64,000 nucleotides of DNA. Origin: an uncultured Verrucomicrobiae bacterium (lineage in GTDB: Bacteria > Verrucomicrobiota > Verrucomicrobiia > Chthoniobacterales > JAFAMB01). Under the pieces are notes generated by a model. It had not been told where the DNA came from. It ran no database searches and was given only the letters and a program-made list of their open reading frames with translations. The DNA lies in NCBI GenBank assembly GCA_963837955.1, contig CAWIPH010000002.1, forward strand, positions 4,096,001 through 4,160,000. The letters run 5' to 3'. The stretch's first letter is position 1, and every line of letters starts with the position of its first letter. A program made the translations under genes and the position numbers. Of this stretch, positions 60,750-64,000 are shown one piece after another.

Positions 60750-62046
60750 GCGATACTAGAAAAACCCCAACTCCAAAGCCAAGCAGGCAAAGTGCTCCCA
60801 CATAATGCGCCGGCGCCAGAAGATCGAAGTGGAGCAGCCAAGATACGAGAATCGGAGTCAGGCCGCCGAAGATCGCGTATCCAAGATTGTAGGAAAAGGA
60901 GATTCCGGAAAATCTGATTTGCGGTGGAAACGCAGCAATCATAACGCAAGGAACCACCGCGACGGTTCCGATGGTGAAGCCGGCCAATCCATAAAGAGGC
61001 ATCACCAGCGAAGAATCTAGCATCACACCTGCGTATAGCAGGTAGGTTGCAATGCCGAACAGCGGACAGCCGACGAGTAGCACGCGGCCGGTTCCGAATC
61101 GGTCAGTCAGCCAACCCGCCAAAACACAGCCTGCCGTCAAGCAGATTGTCGCGAGACAGTTAGCCTGAAGCGTCGCGACACTCTGTACGTTGTACACCTT
61201 TTGGAGCAAAGCGGGAGTCATTAAGATAACCACCACAATGGCAGCGGACAGCATCCACGTCAGCAATCCGGAGAGAACGATCGCGGGACGATGATCGCGC
61301 ATCACAGCCCTGAGCGGCGTCTCGGCGGAAAGTGCGCGGCGTTTCCTCAACTCTTCAAAAACGGGCGTTTCGGTTAACAAGTAGCGAAGATACATCGACA
61401 TCAACCCGAAGGCGCCGCCCAGCAGAAAGGGAATCCTCCATCCATACGCCATAAGCTGTTCTGGCGGCATCAGCATGTTCAGACCGGTCGCCACCAACGA
61501 TCCGAGCAGAATTCCACCGGTGAGTCCGGCGGTCAAGACGCCGCAAGCTAGCCCGACTCGCGACGGAGGTACATGCTCGGCAACGAAGACCCAGGCGCCG
61601 GGAACTTCGCCACCAACGGCTGCTCCCTGCAGGATGCGCAAGAGCAACAATAAGACGGGAGCCCAAGCACCCAAGTGAGCGTAGGTCGGCAGCAACCCGA
61701 TGCCCAAAGTGGGCAACGCCATAAGGAACACACTGAGAGTGAACATCTTTTTGCGGCCGCGCAGATCCCCCGCATGCGCCATCACCACGCCACCCAACGG
61801 TCGCGCAAGATAGCCAGCAGCAAAAATTCCAAACGTCTGGAACTGCCGAACCCAGTCTGGAATCCCAGGAGGAAAAAACAGTTCACCGATCGTGTTCGCG
61901 AAGAAAACGAAGATAATGAAATCGTAGAATTCGAGGACGCCTCCCAGGGTAGCTAGCCAAAGCGTCTTATAATCTCGCGCGGTCAGACGAGAGAAAGCGG
62001 GAGCTGATAAAGAATGGGACACGGAGTAAGCTTGTTTTCTGGCCAC
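60697..62046 (-). CDS. MFS transporter, metabolite:H+ symporter (ProP/YhjE-like)
   Basis: LEFYDF, ARPLGG, GDLRGRK, RILQG.AVGGE, ETPVF. Confidence 0.93.
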   Translation of the reverse strand: MARKQAYSVSHSLSAPAFSRLTARDYKTLWLATLGGVLEFYDFIIFVFFANTIGELFFPPGIPDWVRQFQTFGIFAAGYLARPLGGVVMAHAGDLRGRKKMFTLSVFLMALPTLGIGLLPTYAHLGAWAPVLLLLLRILQGAAVGGEVPGAWVFVAEHVPPSRVGLACGVLTAGLTGGILLGSLVATGLNMLMPPEQLMAYGWRIPFLLGGAFGLMSMYLRYLLTETPVFEELRKRRALSAETPLRAVMRDHRPAIVLSGLLTWMLSAAIVVVILMTPALLQKVYNVQSVATLQANCLATICLTAGCVLAGWLTDRFGTGRVLLVGCPLFGIATYLLYAGVMLDSSLVMPLYGLAGFTIGTVAVVPCVMIAAFPPQIRFSGISFSYNLGYAIFGGLTPILVSWLLHFDLLAPAHYVGALCLLGFGVGVFLVSPGWHPSWVQQEDTKTEF

Positions 62047-62116
62047 CTAAATAACTAGACGAATCGAGTTGCTCGGACTGAACAAGGTTAGGCAGCTATT
62101 GGCTAGCATAATCGAG

Positions 62117-62550
62117 TCGGTGCCCATCCTGGGTTCAAACAAGAGGACACGAAGACAGAATTTTAAACAAAGAGATCGCAAAGGTCTCAAAGAGGGATTC
62201 GATTTTGGCAGCTCGTATTGTTGAAAAGGCGTGGCGATTTGACCTTATGTTTGACCAGGCACTAACTTTCTTTGAGATCTCTGCGACCTCCTGTTCAAAA
62301 TTCTCTCTCCGCGACCTTTTGTAGAACTTGATCGGCCGGTTGGTGCCATCCTGGGTTCAAACAAGAGGACACGAAGACAGGATTTTAAACAAAGAGATCG
62401 CAAAGGTCACAAAGAGGGGATTCAGTTTTTACCGCTCGCGTTGGTTGAAAAGGCGCGGCTGTTTGACCAGGCAATACCCTCTCTGAGATCTCTGCGATCT
62501 CCTGTTCAAAAATCTGACTCCGCGACCTTTTGTAGAACTTGATCAGTTCA
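62117..62550 (-). repeat. Tandem array of 2 units of the same repeat, in inverted orientation
   Basis: Reverse-complement anchor CCATCCTGGGTTCAAACAAGAGGACACGAAGACAG at about 62124 and 62346. Confidence 0.97.
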
Positions 62551-62561
62551 TCGCCACAAGC

Positions 62562-63881
62562 CTAGCGATTTGTATCCCGGTTGGAGAATGACGTTGCCGC
62601 TACTGCCTCTTTGTCTTCCAAGTGTTCGCCGAATACCTTTTCGATTATGTCGGCGGCCACGTCCAGTCCGCGAGTCTTTGCAAGGACCTTTTGGAACCAA
62701 CGTGCTTTATCGCGATAGCTCGGATTTGCTTTTACTTTTACAATCAACTCCGATAGACGCCGCGCGGTCAAGTTACCTATTTCGACGAATTCACCAACGC
62801 CGTGATAGGCAATCCTGGCGGCAACACCGGGTTGGTCGAATCCGATGGGGATCGCCACCATTGGCACTCCCTGTGCCAACGCCTCCAGAGCTGTATTTAA
62901 CCCCGCATGGGTTATGCAAAGCGCGGCACGCTTCAGCAGCTCGATTTGTGGAGCCATGCAGACCACGATTGTATTCGACGGGATTGGTCCCAGGTCGCCG
63001 GGGCTGACGTTCCTGCCTACCGAAAGCACCACCTGCATCTCCGGAAGTTCGCCAGCCGCTTCGAGAATGGTGCTATACACATTCTTTAACCCGTTTACAA
63101 GTGTTCCCAAGGAAGCATAGATCAAGGGCTTGCCGGTTAACTTCTCCCAAGGAAAGGAAACTGGTTTCCGCCCTTCATTATCGTGAAAGGGACCCGCGTA
63201 ATGAAATTGCGGAGGTAGATGAGAAATGGGGTAATCGAACTCTTTTGGCGTTTGTGTGATCACTGCCAGTTTGGAAACAGTGGAAGCCGGGTTGCTCCAA
63301 TCAATCTCGAGTCCGTTCCGGTCGGCATAGGACTGGGCGATCGCCATTACAGGCCCTCGAATCTCGCGGACTATCTGCAGTCCCGCGACATTCCTGGCGA
63401 GAGCTTCCGGACTCGTTTCATGGAGCCAACTGTAAAGAGCGAGTGGTGTCGATCCGGAAAAATCGAAGTGGAGGACATTCCAAATCTGAACATATGGCAG
63501 ACGCAGATGCATGGGAACCATCTCAATAAGCCGGTAGGCCGTATCGAGTACCAGCGCATTCACACCGGTTTCTGCGATCTTTCCTGGCAAATGCTCCAAT
63601 GCCGCCTTAATCAGGCCAGGCGTCAATTCCCGGGCCGTGTATCGCACCACGTCCAGCCCATGCAGGTTCGCTACCCCACCCCATCTTTTGGCTATAGAAC
63701 CTGGTGGGTATTCATTTTCGCCAAACGTTACGAAGTCCAGGTCGGCTGCGCGAACAACGGGTTCAATATCCGGAACTCCAATAAACACAATTTGATGTCC
63801 TCGCGACTGCAGCTTGCGTCCAAGGGCAGTCATCGGATTCAGATGTCCCGTTAGCGGTAAACTCAGAAAGCCAATTTTCAT
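62562..63881 (-). CDS. GT1/MGT family UDP-glycosyltransferase
   Basis: GHLNP, YASLGT, APQIELL...ITHAGLNTALEAL..GVPMVAIP...DQ; alternative ATG at 63899. Confidence 0.93.
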   Translation of the reverse strand: MKIGFLSLPLTGHLNPMTALGRKLQSRGHQIVFIGVPDIEPVVRAADLDFVTFGENEYPPGSIAKRWGGVANLHGLDVVRYTARELTPGLIKAALEHLPGKIAETGVNALVLDTAYRLIEMVPMHLRLPYVQIWNVLHFDFSGSTPLALYSWLHETSPEALARNVAGLQIVREIRGPVMAIAQSYADRNGLEIDWSNPASTVSKLAVITQTPKEFDYPISHLPPQFHYAGPFHDNEGRKPVSFPWEKLTGKPLIYASLGTLVNGLKNVYSTILEAAGELPEMQVVLSVGRNVSPGDLGPIPSNTIVVCMAPQIELLKRAALCITHAGLNTALEALAQGVPMVAIPIGFDQPGVAARIAYHGVGEFVEIGNLTARRLSELIVKVKANPSYRDKARWFQKVLAKTRGLDVAADIIEKVFGEHLEDKEAVAATSFSNRDTNR

Positions 63882-64000
63882 AGTTGCTCCATCACTCATT
63901 CCGTGAACCGTCTTTCGAGCGATAAAGACAGTCTCTTTATACGGCTTTTGCTCCCGGCGGATTTGGCCATGCAGCGTTCTCTTAGGGCCCGGAACGGCGT

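Noticed and set aside
60100..60949. Short ORFs within the 220-bp repeats
   Set aside because: Frames are not preserved between units (indels, differing starts), so they are probably incidental.

Overview
Bacterial chromosomal window. Gene content and repeat style suggest a soil Verrucomicrobium (Chthoniobacterales-like); this is inference, with no rRNA present to confirm it. The centre (about 4.8-47 kb) is mostly housekeeping: astD, a sugar ABC transporter, ispH, purSQLFM, obgE, a GlgM-type glgA, hppA, argCJBDF, thrS-infC, and dusB-rnhB-yraN followed by an FAD oxidoreductase and an MnmM-like methyltransferase. The left end (to about 4.7 kb) looks accessory: a truncated FGGY kinase, TetR/NmrA, DoxX fused to a decayed haloalkane dehalogenase, and a serine hydrolase. 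The right end (about 47-64 kb) is also accessory: LysR, dps, cpo, SDR, cyclase, orphan LytTR/LuxR regulators, MFS and a GT1 glycosyltransferase. The most unusual structure is a pair of oppositely oriented tandem arrays of a roughly 220-bp internally palindromic repeat (4 + 2 units) bracketing the MFS gene. Each array starts at or just after a stop codon, and its hairpin mismatches are mostly G-U wobbles on the transcribed strand. Other leads are a candidate split MnmC-equivalent tRNA modification pair, a leader with mutually exclusive stems covering an RBS and AUG, a GT28-PHP fusion, a 23-bp inverted-repeat element and two non-canonical start codons. No tRNA, rRNA, CRISPR, transposase or integrase was recognised.
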